DNA of 39,285 nt. It comes from Candidatus Saccharimonadota bacterium (lineage in GTDB: Bacteria; Patescibacteriota; Saccharimonadia; Saccharimonadales; UBA7683). Under the pieces are notes generated by a model. The model was given only the letters and a program-made list of their open reading frames with translations, was not told the DNA's origin and made no database searches. Where the stretch lies: contig JAGOUG010000002.1 in the NCBI GenBank assembly GCA_018061375.1, forward strand, positions 1 through 39,285, written 5' to 3'. Of the stretch, positions 16,329 to 26,070 are shown piece by piece (position 1 is the stretch's first letter; each line of letters opens with the position of its first letter). The position numbers and the translations under genes were made by a program.

Positions 16329-17381
16329 ATGAATGCAGGAGAAAAATTAAGAAACGAGCTGAACGAGCTTACCAAAGCACTCAGTGCGCCGGATGCTTTT
16401 TCTGATCCAAAAATTGGTGAGAAGAATCGTAGACATGCCGAACTAGAGGTCATCATTACTGCCCTCGATACAAAAGAGTCGCTCACCACTCAGCTTATTG
16501 AAGCAAACGAGCTCCTACGTGAAAATGATGCCGAAATGTCTGCGCTCGCAAAACTTGAAATTCCCGAACTTGAAGCTAAGATAGCTACAGTTGAAGATGA
16601 ACTTACTGAGTTACTAACACCCAAGGACCCGAACGACCACAAAAACGCGGTTATTGAAATTCGCGCTGGTGCCGGTGGTGATGAAGCCGGCTTATTTGCA
16701 GCTGAACTACTCCGTATGTACCTCCGCTACTGCGAAACCCACGGCCTGAAAACGGAGCTCCTTTCAGAAAATGCTAATGATTCTGGTGGCTATAAAGAAG
16801 CGATTCTATTAGTTAAAGGCGAAGATGTCTACAAACAACTAAAGTTTGAAGGTGGCGTCCACCGTGTCCAGCGTGTTCCTGCGACTGAAAGCCAGGGTAG
16901 AATTCATACATCTACTGTAACAGTCGCAGTTATGCCCGAAGCGGAAGAGACTGATATAGATATAAAAGAAGTTGATCTTAAAGTGGACACTTACCGAGCC
17001 TCCGGCCACGGTGGACAGAGTGTGAACACCACAGACTCAGCCGTGAGAATTACGCACCTCCCTTCTGGTATTGTGGTGACAAATCAAGATGAAAAATCTC
17101 AAATTAAAAACAAACTAAAAGCTATGAGTGTGCTCCGTTCGCGTTTGCTCCAGAAACAAATTGATGATGAAAATGCTAAACTTTCTGCCCAGCGTAAAAG
17201 CCTCATCGGCTCAGGTGACAGATCAGAAAAAATTAGAACCTACAACTTCCCGCAAGACCGAATTACCGACCACCGTATTGGCTACTCACGCAGTAACATA
17301 CCCCAGGCTATGAATGGTGACATCGACGACCTCATAACAAACCTACAGTCGTACGAATCACAGCTGGCAAGAGAACAATAA
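16329..17381 (+). CDS. prfA: peptide chain release factor 1
   Basis: PAT tripeptide ([13 protein letters not shown]) and GGQ loop ([23 protein letters not shown]). Confidence 0.95.
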   Translation: MNAGEKLRNELNELTKALSAPDAFSDPKIGEKNRRHAELEVIITALDTKESLTTQLIEANELLRENDAEMSALAKLEIPELEAKIATVEDELTELLTPKDPNDHKNAVIEIRAGAGGDEAGLFAAELLRMYLRYCETHGLKTELLSENANDSGGYKEAILLVKGEDVYKQLKFEGGVHRVQRVPATESQGRIHTSTVTVAVMPEAEETDIDIKEVDLKVDTYRASGHGGQSVNTTDSAVRITHLPSGIVVTNQDEKSQIKNKLKAMSVLRSRLLQKQIDDENAKLSAQRKSLIGSGDRSEKIRTYNFPQDRITDHRIGYSRSNIPQAMNGDIDDLITNLQSYESQLAREQ

Positions 17382-18160
17382 TGATTCCTGTAATTACCAG
17401 CCCCAGCAACCCAAAAATTAAGTGGGTAAAAAGTTTACATAAAAATAGTACTCGGCGTGACGAGAGTGTATTTTTAGTTGAGGGCGTTAAAGAAATCGGC
17501 TTTGCTGTTGATGGCGGATACTTACTTCATTCTTTGTTTGTCTGCCCGGAAATATATGCCGGTGATACCCCCATATTCGAAGATATAGAGATATATAACG
17601 TCACAAAAGATTGTTATGAAAAAATTGCCTACCGCGAATCTAGTAATGGCCTGATTGCTGTGTTTCAGGCTAAGCAAAAAACACTGGACGATCTCACCTT
17701 TGATGATAATCCGTTCTATTTAGTGGTTGAATCCGTAGAGAAACCAGGCAACCTTGGGGCAATTATACGAACAGCCGATGGCGCGGGCGTAGATGCAGTA
17801 ATTGTCTGTGACCAAAAAACAGATATATTTAATCCTAACGTTATCAGATCGAGTGTTGGTACGTTATTCACATCGCAGGTTGTAGTGACCAGTTCAGAAG
17901 ATCTTTTGGACTTTCTCCAAAAACACGAAATTACGCCATATGGCGCCCTTCTGGCAGATGATGCGGCTGAATATAGCAAAGTAGACTTCACGACTCCAAC
18001 TGCACTTATTCTAGGCACCGAACATGAAGGCCTCAGTGACTTCTGGAAGACACACGCACAACCAATTACAATTCCGATGCGCGGTGAAAATGACTCACTG
18101 AATGTCAGTAATGCAGCAGCGATACTAGCCTACGAGGTTCTACGACAGCGTGAACTATAA
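17381..18160 (+). CDS. TrmH/SpoU-family RNA 2'-O-methyltransferase
   Basis: SPOUT knot motifs VESVEKPGNLGAIIRTADGAG, LILGTEHEGLS and SLNVSNAAAILAYE. Its start overlaps the prfA stop (TAATG). Confidence 0.8.
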   Translation: MIPVITSPSNPKIKWVKSLHKNSTRRDESVFLVEGVKEIGFAVDGGYLLHSLFVCPEIYAGDTPIFEDIEIYNVTKDCYEKIAYRESSNGLIAVFQAKQKTLDDLTFDDNPFYLVVESVEKPGNLGAIIRTADGAGVDAVIVCDQKTDIFNPNVIRSSVGTLFTSQVVVTSSEDLLDFLQKHEITPYGALLADDAAEYSKVDFTTPTALILGTEHEGLSDFWKTHAQPITIPMRGENDSLNVSNAAAILAYEVLRQREL

Positions 18161-18974
18161 TCAGTGGCTCACATCTAGTACTGCCCTGCTAAAGAAATCA
18201 GGAATCGAATCAGCAAGGCTTGATTGTATATTACTGCTATCAGATCAAATAGATAAATCGAGGGAATGGATTTTAGCCCACGGAGATAGTGAAATAGCAG
18301 AGTCCGATCAACTCATACTGAGTACTAAAGTTACCCAAAGATCACAGAGAGTCCCCCTTGCATACATAAGAAACACTCAGGAATTCTACGGACGGAGTTT
18401 CTACGTGGATACCAATGTACTAATCCCCCGCCCTGAATCTGAAGATATTATTTCTCTCCTTAAATCTGCGACAAAAGACCCCGGTAGTACCACTGTTATT
18501 GATATCGGTACTGGCTCAGGAATATTAGCGATAACTGCAAAACTAGAGATACCCAGCCTAACCGTTATTGCGACCGACATATCAGAAAGCGCACTGCAAG
18601 TTGCAAAAAGAAATGCTCAGACGTATGGTGCAAACATAGAATTTATAAACTCAAATTTGCTCGAAACTATTCCAGCTTCCAGCTTCCAACTTCCAACTTC
18701 CATTCTTATAACGAATCTCCCCTACGTACCCACTAACCTTATTACGAGCCCAGAGATCACATATGAACCAGAAGGAGCACTCTTCTCTGGTGACGACGGA
18801 ATGAGCCATTACCAGCGCTTCTGGCTGCAGTTAGCCGAAGCTGAGCCTAAACCCCAATCAGTTATAACTGAGAGCCTGAAAGAGCAACATGTAGCCATGC
18901 AGGACTATGCACTGCAAGCAGGATATATACTTAAAAATACTGCTACTTTGGTTCAACAGTTCGTACTTAGTTAG
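18150..18974 (+). CDS. prmC: release-factor glutamine N5-methyltransferase
   Basis: SAM motif DIGTGSGILAI and catalytic motif ITNLPYVP, an NPPY-type motif that reads NLPY here. GTG start. It lies in an operon with prfA. Confidence 0.8.
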   Translation: MNYNQWLTSSTALLKKSGIESARLDCILLLSDQIDKSREWILAHGDSEIAESDQLILSTKVTQRSQRVPLAYIRNTQEFYGRSFYVDTNVLIPRPESEDIISLLKSATKDPGSTTVIDIGTGSGILAITAKLEIPSLTVIATDISESALQVAKRNAQTYGANIEFINSNLLETIPASSFQLPTSILITNLPYVPTNLITSPEITYEPEGALFSGDDGMSHYQRFWLQLAEAEPKPQSVITESLKEQHVAMQDYALQAGYILKNTATLVQQFVLS

Positions 18975-20166
18975 TTTGAGCAGCTTCAGCGAGCGTCGCT
19001 TTTAATGTAACATCTTTGCCATCCCGTACAACCGTAAGTATGACTGTGTCACCTGGTGCATATCTAGAAATAACGCTATCAAGCGGCCGCCGCTGATCAA
19101 GGGCAAGGCCATTTATCTTTGTGATTATGTCACCTGGGCGTACGCCTGCTTTATCTGCTGGGCCTGCCACAACGACTGAACCAGAATCGGTACTAATATA
19201 TGCACCCTTACTCACATTCAGACCTTTTTCGCCCACAAGTTCAGGAGTAATCATCATAAATTTTACTCCCAGTAATGGCCGAGTAAGCTTGCCTGTCTTC
19301 TGAACACTCGTCACCGCACCCTTTGCTTCGTTAATTGGAATTGAAAAACCTATATTCTGAGCATCAGCTGCAATTGCCGTGTTTATGCCAATAACTTCAC
19401 CGTCATAATTAAGCAGTGGCCCTCCAGAATTACCTGAGTTTATAGCCGCATCCGTTTGGAATAGATTTGTCAGTTGTTCACTTCCACTGCCATCTTCACT
19501 ACCCGCTTCAACTGGTCGCCCAACGCCAGAGATTATGCCTGAGGTTACCGTATTCTGGAACTGCCCTAGCGCATTGCCGATTGCTATCACCTTCTGTCCT
19601 GTTCGGACTATATCTGAATCACCGAGTACTGCTGACTTAAAGTTCTTTGGATCCTTAACTTGCAAAACTGCAATATCATTAAGCGGATCACGCCCAACAA
19701 TTGTGACATCGCTATACACAGTTCCGTCTGACATTACTATTTTGACGGAACTCGTACCCTCAGGTACAACGTGCTTGTTCGTAAGAATGAGCCCTGATGT
19801 ATCTACAATTAAACCAGTGCCCGCGGCCTGCCCCGTTATAGCTTTATCACCGTAGTATGAGTTCACCACACGCTGCTGTTCAGTAACTATGGATACCACA
19901 CTCGGGCTCACCTGCTGCGCGATATCGGCAATAACCTCACCCTCAGATGCAATCACCTGTCGCTGCTGCTCTATAGTTGCTTGTGGTCTAACTTTAAGCG
20001 CAATTATAAAGCCTAGACTCATCAATGCACCTGCAATACAAACAATACAGAAAGTTATAATCAAGAACGCAAGATTCCGTCTAGATGTATACGGCCTCTT
20101 TGGTTTAGCCGCGTGAGTACCTGCCATGTTGGGCCCCGAACTAGACTGCATATTTTTAGATTCCAT
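18967..20166 (-). CDS. htrA: HtrA/DegP-family serine protease with PDZ domain
   Basis: Triad contexts TNKHVV, NDIAVLQV and GNSGGPLL, with a C-terminal PDZ (GVRPGDIITKING) and an N-terminal TM anchor. An alternative start at 20208 would overlap the upstream gene by 19 nt. Confidence 0.85.
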   Translation of the reverse strand: MESKNMQSSSGPNMAGTHAAKPKRPYTSRRNLAFLIITFCIVCIAGALMSLGFIIALKVRPQATIEQQRQVIASEGEVIADIAQQVSPSVVSIVTEQQRVVNSYYGDKAITGQAAGTGLIVDTSGLILTNKHVVPEGTSSVKIVMSDGTVYSDVTIVGRDPLNDIAVLQVKDPKNFKSAVLGDSDIVRTGQKVIAIGNALGQFQNTVTSGIISGVGRPVEAGSEDGSGSEQLTNLFQTDAAINSGNSGGPLLNYDGEVIGINTAIAADAQNIGFSIPINEAKGAVTSVQKTGKLTRPLLGVKFMMITPELVGEKGLNVSKGAYISTDSGSVVVAGPADKAGVRPGDIITKINGLALDQRRPLDSVISRYAPGDTVILTVVRDGKDVTLKATLAEAAQTN

Positions 20167-20189
20167 CAATACCCCCCCGTTTTTATTGA

Positions 20190-20963
20190 TTAAAGTATTG
20201 GCTTCCACCCAGAAGTTACGACGAGCGCTAGCAACACGATAGTACTTAGTAATACATTTTCTATAATTAAGTTCCGTGTGACGGCGTCATTTTTGTGTGC
20301 ATGATACATACTACCTACTGTAGCTGATATGACCGTGACAAATAGCGCTGCGGCAGCAATCATTAGACCACCAATAAAGTAGTACTGTAGCCAATGGAGT
20401 GCGTACCATACAACTTGCATAATCAGGAATCCCCATAAAAGACTAAGTGCTCGGTAATGCGGCTCGTCATAATTACTAAAGTAATGTCGTGCTGCGGACC
20501 AAGATATAACCCATGCAAGTAAACAAACGACGACTGCATGCGTCACTAAGTCTGTTGAGCCAAAAATCATTATGAGTCCGAGTGTTTGTGCCCATAATGC
20601 CTGTGTGCTCACCCAAAAATCAGAACTCCGAGGCTTTATGAAGAGTAGCCACACGGCGTATACCGCAACCCATAGGTAGGCGGCCATTGATTCTTGTGAT
20701 TGATGCATTAATCCAACACAGCTCACCCCAACAATTACATCTACTAAATTTGCCTTAATATTCGGAATCCAGAATCGTGGTTGTACTGCGAAGGTGCGCC
20801 ACTTACTCAGAATAACCAAAGCAATTGCAAGCGGTGTCAGCTGCCAAAAAAGCACCATTGCACCAAGTACTATACTAAAGCCTAAATTAACCCCGATGTG
20901 TAGTAGATCACCAGAATCTAAACCGGGTCTCTTGCCCCAAAAGGTCTTTTTCGCCTGTAACAT
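20190..20963 (-). CDS. hypothetical polytopic membrane protein
   Basis: 257-aa ORF with about 7-8 hydrophobic segments. I recognise no motif. It lies between the LCP ligase gene and htrA. Confidence 0.6.
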   Translation of the reverse strand: MLQAKKTFWGKRPGLDSGDLLHIGVNLGFSIVLGAMVLFWQLTPLAIALVILSKWRTFAVQPRFWIPNIKANLVDVIVGVSCVGLMHQSQESMAAYLWVAVYAVWLLFIKPRSSDFWVSTQALWAQTLGLIMIFGSTDLVTHAVVVCLLAWVISWSAARHYFSNYDEPHYRALSLLWGFLIMQVVWYALHWLQYYFIGGLMIAAAALFVTVISATVGSMYHAHKNDAVTRNLIIENVLLSTIVLLALVVTSGWKPIL

Positions 20964-20992
20964 ATGTGTACTAGTATACCACTTTCAACTAC

Positions 20993-22630
20993 TTACTGGG
21001 TAGTACTGGGCTTAGGCTTTCCCAGGATGATTACAAAGTCTGCGGTATACCTTAATGCTTCTGGATTCATCTTTTTGTCAGTCGTAGCGGTCGTAGAAAG
21101 ATTCTTCTCTAAGAAGGCCTTTGTGCCGGGCTTTGTGCCGCCCGAAAGATCAACCACGACGTTACTGGTGCGCTCCGTACTTGCATTTGAAGTAACCAAG
21201 ACTGTGATCCCTTTTTCTGAAAGAGTATCAGCATATTTCTGTGCTAGGCCTGTTGTACCACTACCATTTAATATAACTGCCGTAGCCCCTTCCTTAACAA
21301 GTGGATCGGTACTTGTGAGTTTTTTAATATACGATTTCAACTGCGTAAAGTTGTTGATTCCTGCAGTTGGCATAACGATACTCTGACCATTGTACATACC
21401 GGTTTTAAGTAGGTTTGTTTCCGGGTCTGCGAGGTCAATAGATTCTATATTCTTATTTTCTACCAGCTTCGAAAGGTCGTACAAACGACGGAGCTCACTA
21501 GTATTAAAGTTTGTTGAAACGTTGTCACCCGCAGCATCAAGTAATCCACCGATTTTACTTGGGTTTGAAAGTACGCCTGCGCTCAGCGCTTTGTCTTTGA
21601 GTGCAAGTAACATCGCCCTTTGGTACGTTGTTCTGTCAAAATCACCACGACTCATGCCGTAGCCACCCTTAACGTTTCGTGAACGTGCAAGCGCGAGTGC
21701 AGACAGCCCATCAAGTTTCTGACTACCGTTCTTAAGGCGAACAGGTCCACCATCTTTGGGCTGAATGTTCGGGTCATATATACCTCTTGGGTCATCACTA
21801 TCAACAGTAATTGTTATACCACCAACTGCATCAACCGCATCTTTAAATGCAGTGTAGTTTAGCTTTCCGTAGTAGTGAATTGGGATGCCAAAGTTCGTAG
21901 AAACAATTTTAGAAAGCAGACCCATTCCGCCTTTGGGGTATCCTGGTTCGCTAAACTCAACACTTTCACCACACTGATATGCATTATTTATCTTACCTTC
22001 ATAACCAGCAGCGCATTGTTCACCATACTTGACCCATAAATCACGCGGTATACTCGTTGTGAACGCGGTGTTATTTTTAGTATCAACACTTACAAGCATA
22101 ATTGAATCTGTTAAGGCGGCGCCGCCATGGTCGGGGTCGTCCTCAGAAGTACCTGCTAAAATTATATTGACCCTGCCCTCTTCTTCACCTTTAAGTTTTG
22201 TGGTGTTTAAAAAGCCAAGAACATTACCGTCAAAAACTTTTGATGAAGTATTCAGGAACTTCCATCCAAGAAATCCACCAACAAGTAAGAGCACGAGCAG
22301 TACAACTAGAAGAGCTCTTTTTAGCTTCCTCTTTGTCGGTGACGTTTGTTTTGTAGCTCTTTCGGCTCGCTTCTTTTTAAACTGCCACCAGTGAGCCTTT
22401 TTCTGAGGCTGTTGGTCGGATGCCTCTAGGCCAAGCGTAAGTGTGTTATCGTCTGACCAAGCCTCATCAGCAAAGGCTATTTTTTGGTCTGCAGCAGTCC
22501 GACGAGTGAATCCTTCGGATTTTTTTCGTGACTGCGACAAGTCAGGTCTCTGGGAATCCTGAGACTGTGGCCTTCGACGGACAAAACCGTCCATACTCGC
22601 ATTCTTTGGTACTCGCTTTTTTGATTGCAT
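20993..22630 (-). CDS. LytR-CpsA-Psr (LCP) family cell-wall glycopolymer ligase with a C-terminal LytR_C-like domain
   Basis: TM anchor (LLVVLLVLLLVGGFLGW) followed by the LCP core NIILAGTSEDDPDHGGAALTDSIMLVSVD...TSIPRDLWV. I prefer the ATG at 22630; the track start at 22717 would overlap lepB divergently. Confidence 0.8.
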   Translation of the reverse strand: MQSKKRVPKNASMDGFVRRRPQSQDSQRPDLSQSRKKSEGFTRRTAADQKIAFADEAWSDDNTLTLGLEASDQQPQKKAHWWQFKKKRAERATKQTSPTKRKLKRALLVVLLVLLLVGGFLGWKFLNTSSKVFDGNVLGFLNTTKLKGEEEGRVNIILAGTSEDDPDHGGAALTDSIMLVSVDTKNNTAFTTSIPRDLWVKYGEQCAAGYEGKINNAYQCGESVEFSEPGYPKGGMGLLSKIVSTNFGIPIHYYGKLNYTAFKDAVDAVGGITITVDSDDPRGIYDPNIQPKDGGPVRLKNGSQKLDGLSALALARSRNVKGGYGMSRGDFDRTTYQRAMLLALKDKALSAGVLSNPSKIGGLLDAAGDNVSTNFNTSELRRLYDLSKLVENKNIESIDLADPETNLLKTGMYNGQSIVMPTAGINNFTQLKSYIKKLTSTDPLVKEGATAVILNGSGTTGLAQKYADTLSEKGITVLVTSNASTERTSNVVVDLSGGTKPGTKAFLEKNLSTTATTDKKMNPEALRYTADFVIILGKPKPSTTQ

Positions 22631-22715
22631 ATTACTTTGTACCAGTATAACTGGTTTACCAAAAGCGGTAAAGACCGTGTTTTTTATTGAACAGGCTGTT
22701 ATACTTGGCATCGAC

Positions 22716-23420
22716 ATGGATCAAGAAAGCAAAATACAAGACACCTCTACGGATCAGGTTACACCAGTGGTAACTGACGGCTCTTTGCCTACAGAAGGCG
22801 ATCCCATTATGAACATAGACCCCACTGTGTCGGATGTAAGTAATCCCGAACCTGCACAAAAAAAAGAGGGTGGCATACTTTCACTGTTTGTAACTATAGT
22901 AATTGCGCTTGTACTCGTGCAGATTATTAACATATTCTTTTTACAAAGCTACCGTGTGTTCGGGCAAAGTATGTACTCAACGCTTAATACGAATGATAGA
23001 CTCATAATATCCAAATTCGGCAAAACTGCCGCCAAGGCAACGCAGAAAGATTATCAGCCTGAAAGAGGTGAAATTATTGTGTTTCAAAGCCCTATTGATC
23101 CAGAGATTCAACTGATAAAGCGGGTTATTGGACTACCGGGAGATCGAGTTGTTGTTTCGAACGGCTCAATTACGGTATACAACAAAGAAAATCCCCAGGG
23201 TTTCAACCCTGACGATGCTCCATATGGTGCAAATCTACCACCAACAAGTGGTAGGGCTGATGTTAAAGTCCCTGCAAATCATATATTTGTAAGTGGCGAC
23301 AATCGCGAAGGCAGTAACTCTCTTGATTCAAGAAATGAACTCGGAACTGTTCCTGAAGAAAATATCATAGGCTCTCTGCTAGTAAGAATTTGGCCACTCA
23401 GCGAAGCTAAATTTTTTTAA
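22716..23420 (+). CDS. lepB: signal peptidase I
   Basis: GQSMYSTL (catalytic Ser), IKRVIGLPGD (catalytic Lys box) and VSGDNREGSNSLDSR. The start could be 22677 or 22716. Confidence 0.85.
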   Translation: MDQESKIQDTSTDQVTPVVTDGSLPTEGDPIMNIDPTVSDVSNPEPAQKKEGGILSLFVTIVIALVLVQIINIFFLQSYRVFGQSMYSTLNTNDRLIISKFGKTAAKATQKDYQPERGEIIVFQSPIDPEIQLIKRVIGLPGDRVVVSNGSITVYNKENPQGFNPDDAPYGANLPPTSGRADVKVPANHIFVSGDNREGSNSLDSRNELGTVPEENIIGSLLVRIWPLSEAKFF

Positions 23421-23505
23421 GAACTAGCTCGTAAGACTACTTACTGGGCTTCTTCTTCGCTCTACTTAAATAGTATCTCTTTCGATTTATATCGATGCAG
23501 CAACA

Positions 23506-24366
23506 TCAGACTATTAGACTATCGACAATACTCTTAAGGTGTTCGTCACTCTTAAATTTAATCACCAGCTGTCCGCCCTTAGCCATATGCTTAACGATAA
23601 CTGGCGTTTTTAAGCGCTGAGAAAGTTGCTTTGTTTCGGGTGTTTCGGTTTTTGTACGATCAATTTTTTCTGCAGTTTTAGACAATTCGGTTTGCTTGTA
23701 GCCAACAACAAATTGTTCCGCCTGACGTACGGTCCATTTGTTGGTAATTATAAGCCTGAGGAGCTCAAGCTGCGTTGCTTCATCCTTAAGTGCTACTATC
23801 TGCCTTGCGTGACCCTCAACAATTTTACCTTCGTGAAGAGCTTGTTTTGCTGGTAATGGAAGCTTAAGAAGGCGAATAATGTTGTGTACTGCCGGGGAAC
23901 TCTTACCCACTTTCTTAGCAACTTCATCGTACGTTAAACCGAACTGATCATGTAGCTTTAAATATGCAGCTGCAAGATCTAAAATTGTAAGATCTTGGCG
24001 TTGTATATTTTCTATAAGTGCAATTTCAAGCTTCTCTTGTTCGCCGAATGAACGAACTATTACCGGAGCCTCAGAGAGGCCAGCAAGCTGAGCTGCACGA
24101 TATCGTCTTTCACCAGCAATAATAATGTACTGACTGCCGTTTTTGGCAACAATAAGTGGCTGCACTATCCCGTGTTCTGTTATTGATGCTGCAAGTTCGC
24201 TAAGTGACGCTTCATCAAAGTGCTTTCTTGGCTGCTGTGGGTCTGGCACTAGCCGTGTTAGTGCAATCTGCTCAACCATATCTTGAGAAGACCCGACTGC
24301 AAGCGCTTCTGAAAGCATGTCATCTGGAATTAATGAAGAAAAATCTTTGCCGAGTCCCTTATTCAC
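23506..24366 (-). CDS. parB: chromosome partitioning protein ParB
   Basis: IVQPLIV, the GERRYRAA ParB box, and an HTH (LTYDEVAKKVGKSSPAVHNIIRLLKL). It overlaps the parA stop by 4 nt. Confidence 0.9.
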   Translation of the reverse strand: MNKGLGKDFSSLIPDDMLSEALAVGSSQDMVEQIALTRLVPDPQQPRKHFDEASLSELAASITEHGIVQPLIVAKNGSQYIIIAGERRYRAAQLAGLSEAPVIVRSFGEQEKLEIALIENIQRQDLTILDLAAAYLKLHDQFGLTYDEVAKKVGKSSPAVHNIIRLLKLPLPAKQALHEGKIVEGHARQIVALKDEATQLELLRLIITNKWTVRQAEQFVVGYKQTELSKTAEKIDRTKTETPETKQLSQRLKTPVIVKHMAKGGQLVIKFKSDEHLKSIVDSLIV

Positions 24367-25115
24367 GATAGTCTCTCCATAATTTCTTTAGTTAAAGCTT
24401 TGTAAGCCCGTGCACCCTTACTCCACTTGTCATATTCCCCTACCGGCTTACCGTGGCTTGGCGCCTCTGCTACCCTAATATTACGCGGAACTACTGTTTC
24501 AAACAACCGTTCCTTAAAGTTAGCCCTCAGCTGCTCTTCAACTTGAGCTGAAAGCGTTGTCCTGGCGTTATGCATGGTCATAACAACGCCGAGTATTGCA
24601 AGGCGCGGATTCAGCGCCTGCCTTACAAGCTTCATAGTTTCAAGTAGTTGGCCGAGGCCCTCGAGCGCATAATATTCTGTCTGAACTGGCACTATAACTG
24701 AGTTTGCTGCGGTAAGCGCATTTACCGTAAGAAGACCAAGGCTTGGGGGGCAATCAATAAGTACAACATCGTAGTCAGTATCACTGAGAACTTCTTTAAG
24801 GCGTAGTGCCCTATTTTTTGCCGTTGCAATCTCGGTTTCTAGTGTTGCCAGTTCAGCATCTGTTGGCAGTACGAAAAGATTTTTATACACAGATTCTTTT
24901 GCAGCGTTCGCAAGCGTAGATTTACCAACGAGAACATCACGAGTCGTCGCGCTATTTTTACTAATATCCAGACCGCTCGAGGCGTTTCCCTGTGGGTCAA
25001 GATCAACAAGTAGCACCTTTTTACCGGCTTTGGCGATATTGTAGGCAACGTTAATAGTAGTCGTTGTTTTGCCAACCCCCCCTTTTTGGTTTGTTACTGC
25101 AATCACCTGGGCCAC
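24363..25115 (-). CDS. parA: chromosome partitioning ATPase ParA/Soj
   Basis: Deviant Walker A NQKGGVGKTTT, plus LLVDLDPQGN and VLIDCPPSLG. Confidence 0.9.
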   Translation of the reverse strand: MAQVIAVTNQKGGVGKTTTTINVAYNIAKAGKKVLLVDLDPQGNASSGLDISKNSATTRDVLVGKSTLANAAKESVYKNLFVLPTDAELATLETEIATAKNRALRLKEVLSDTDYDVVLIDCPPSLGLLTVNALTAANSVIVPVQTEYYALEGLGQLLETMKLVRQALNPRLAILGVVMTMHNARTTLSAQVEEQLRANFKERLFETVVPRNIRVAEAPSHGKPVGEYDKWSKGARAYKALTKEIMERLS

Positions 25116-25229
25116 GTGTTTTATTTTCCTCCTAAAACGTTACCTACAGTATACAGGTTTCAGGGTTCATCATCTAGCCAAACAAAAAATGAGCCAAGCG
25201 ACTCATTTTTTTGTAATTACAAATTATTT

Positions 25230-25535
25230 TTAGCTAATTTTAGTAATTTGAATAACACTGTGTTGCTGACGATGACCACGAACTTTATTCACTCGCTTCT
25301 TCGCTTTGTAACGGATAGCGGTAACTTTATCACCCTTAACAGACTCTTCGAGTACTTTAGCTTCAACAACAGCGCCTTCTACAAGGGGTTGCCCGACCTG
25401 GACTTTATCACCATCAATTACCATAAGTGCGTCAAATTTAAGTGTTTTTTTATCACCAACAAGCTCAACGTTGAACTTTTCATTTTCGGTCACGATATAT
25501 TGGTGACCACCAGATACAATTACAGCCTTTTTCAT
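25230..25535 (-). CDS. rplU: 50S ribosomal protein L21
   Basis: 101 aa with MKKAVIVSGGHQYIV and KVTAIRYKAKKRVNKVRGHRQ. Confidence 0.9.
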   Translation of the reverse strand: MKKAVIVSGGHQYIVTENEKFNVELVGDKKTLKFDALMVIDGDKVQVGQPLVEGAVVEAKVLEESVKGDKVTAIRYKAKKRVNKVRGHRQQHSVIQITKIS

Positions 25536-25613
25536 TCTTCTTATCTATTCCTTAGATCCATTTACATTTGGACATTTATTAAAAACAATCAAACATCAGT
25601 CTACCAGATACAA

Positions 25614-26030
25614 TCACTCCTGTAAAGCACGCTTATTTTCTAGTTCGTGAATTCTGTCGTGGTCAAGTCCAAAATAGTGGGCTATTTCGTGCCATAGGGT
25701 ATGTTTTATTTGTTTTTTAAAGTCATCTTCATCTGTTGAATTGAACAGTAACGGAAGTTTGAATAGAGTAATCTTATCTGGTAGCTGTCCGGAAAATCCG
25801 TTTCCCCTTCTAGTAAGTGGTATACCCTCATATAGGCCAAACAAACTTTGGTTGCAGTGTAACTTCAACCGCTTCCGCTGCTCATCTGACGGCTGGTCAT
25901 CATAGGTAATAACGACGTTACTCAGTTTTGAGGTGTATTTTTCAGGAAGTTGGTCAAGTGCTTCACCGATCAATTTAGAAAAATCTTCATCTGTCACTGT
26001 TTTCATATGTTTAAGTATAGGCTTAAACAT
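25614..26030 (-). CDS. small zincin-like metallopeptidase family protein (DUF1025-like)
   Basis: 138 aa. GLYEGIPL is followed by a C-terminal HTLWHEIAHYFGLDHDRIHELE (HExxH plus downstream His/Asp). Confidence 0.7.
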   Translation of the reverse strand: MFKPILKHMKTVTDEDFSKLIGEALDQLPEKYTSKLSNVVITYDDQPSDEQRKRLKLHCNQSLFGLYEGIPLTRRGNGFSGQLPDKITLFKLPLLFNSTDEDDFKKQIKHTLWHEIAHYFGLDHDRIHELENKRALQE

Positions 26031-26070
26031 ATACTATGTCCAGACTGGTATGAAAGTTTTATCATTGAAA

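Noticed and set aside
25184-25211. A rho-independent terminator after rplU (AAAAAATGAG-N8-CTCATTTTTT).
   Set aside because: The stem is almost entirely A-T, with only 3 G-C pairs and an internal mismatch. That is too weak to call a terminator with confidence. It may simply be an AT-rich spacer.
23421-25229. A chromosomal origin (oriC) next to parAB.
   Set aside because: I found no cluster of DnaA boxes (TTATCCACA or close variants) in the flanking intergenic regions. There is no dnaA, dnaN, rpmH, rnpA or gid gene nearby, and the spacers are short (85 and 114 bp).
25086-25625. A 179-aa plus-strand ORF spanning the parA-rplU-zincin junctions.
   Set aside because: It overlaps rplU antisense and crosses two intergenic regions. 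Its composition is AT-driven (Phe/Asn/Leu-rich) with no motif. rplU on the minus strand is unambiguous.
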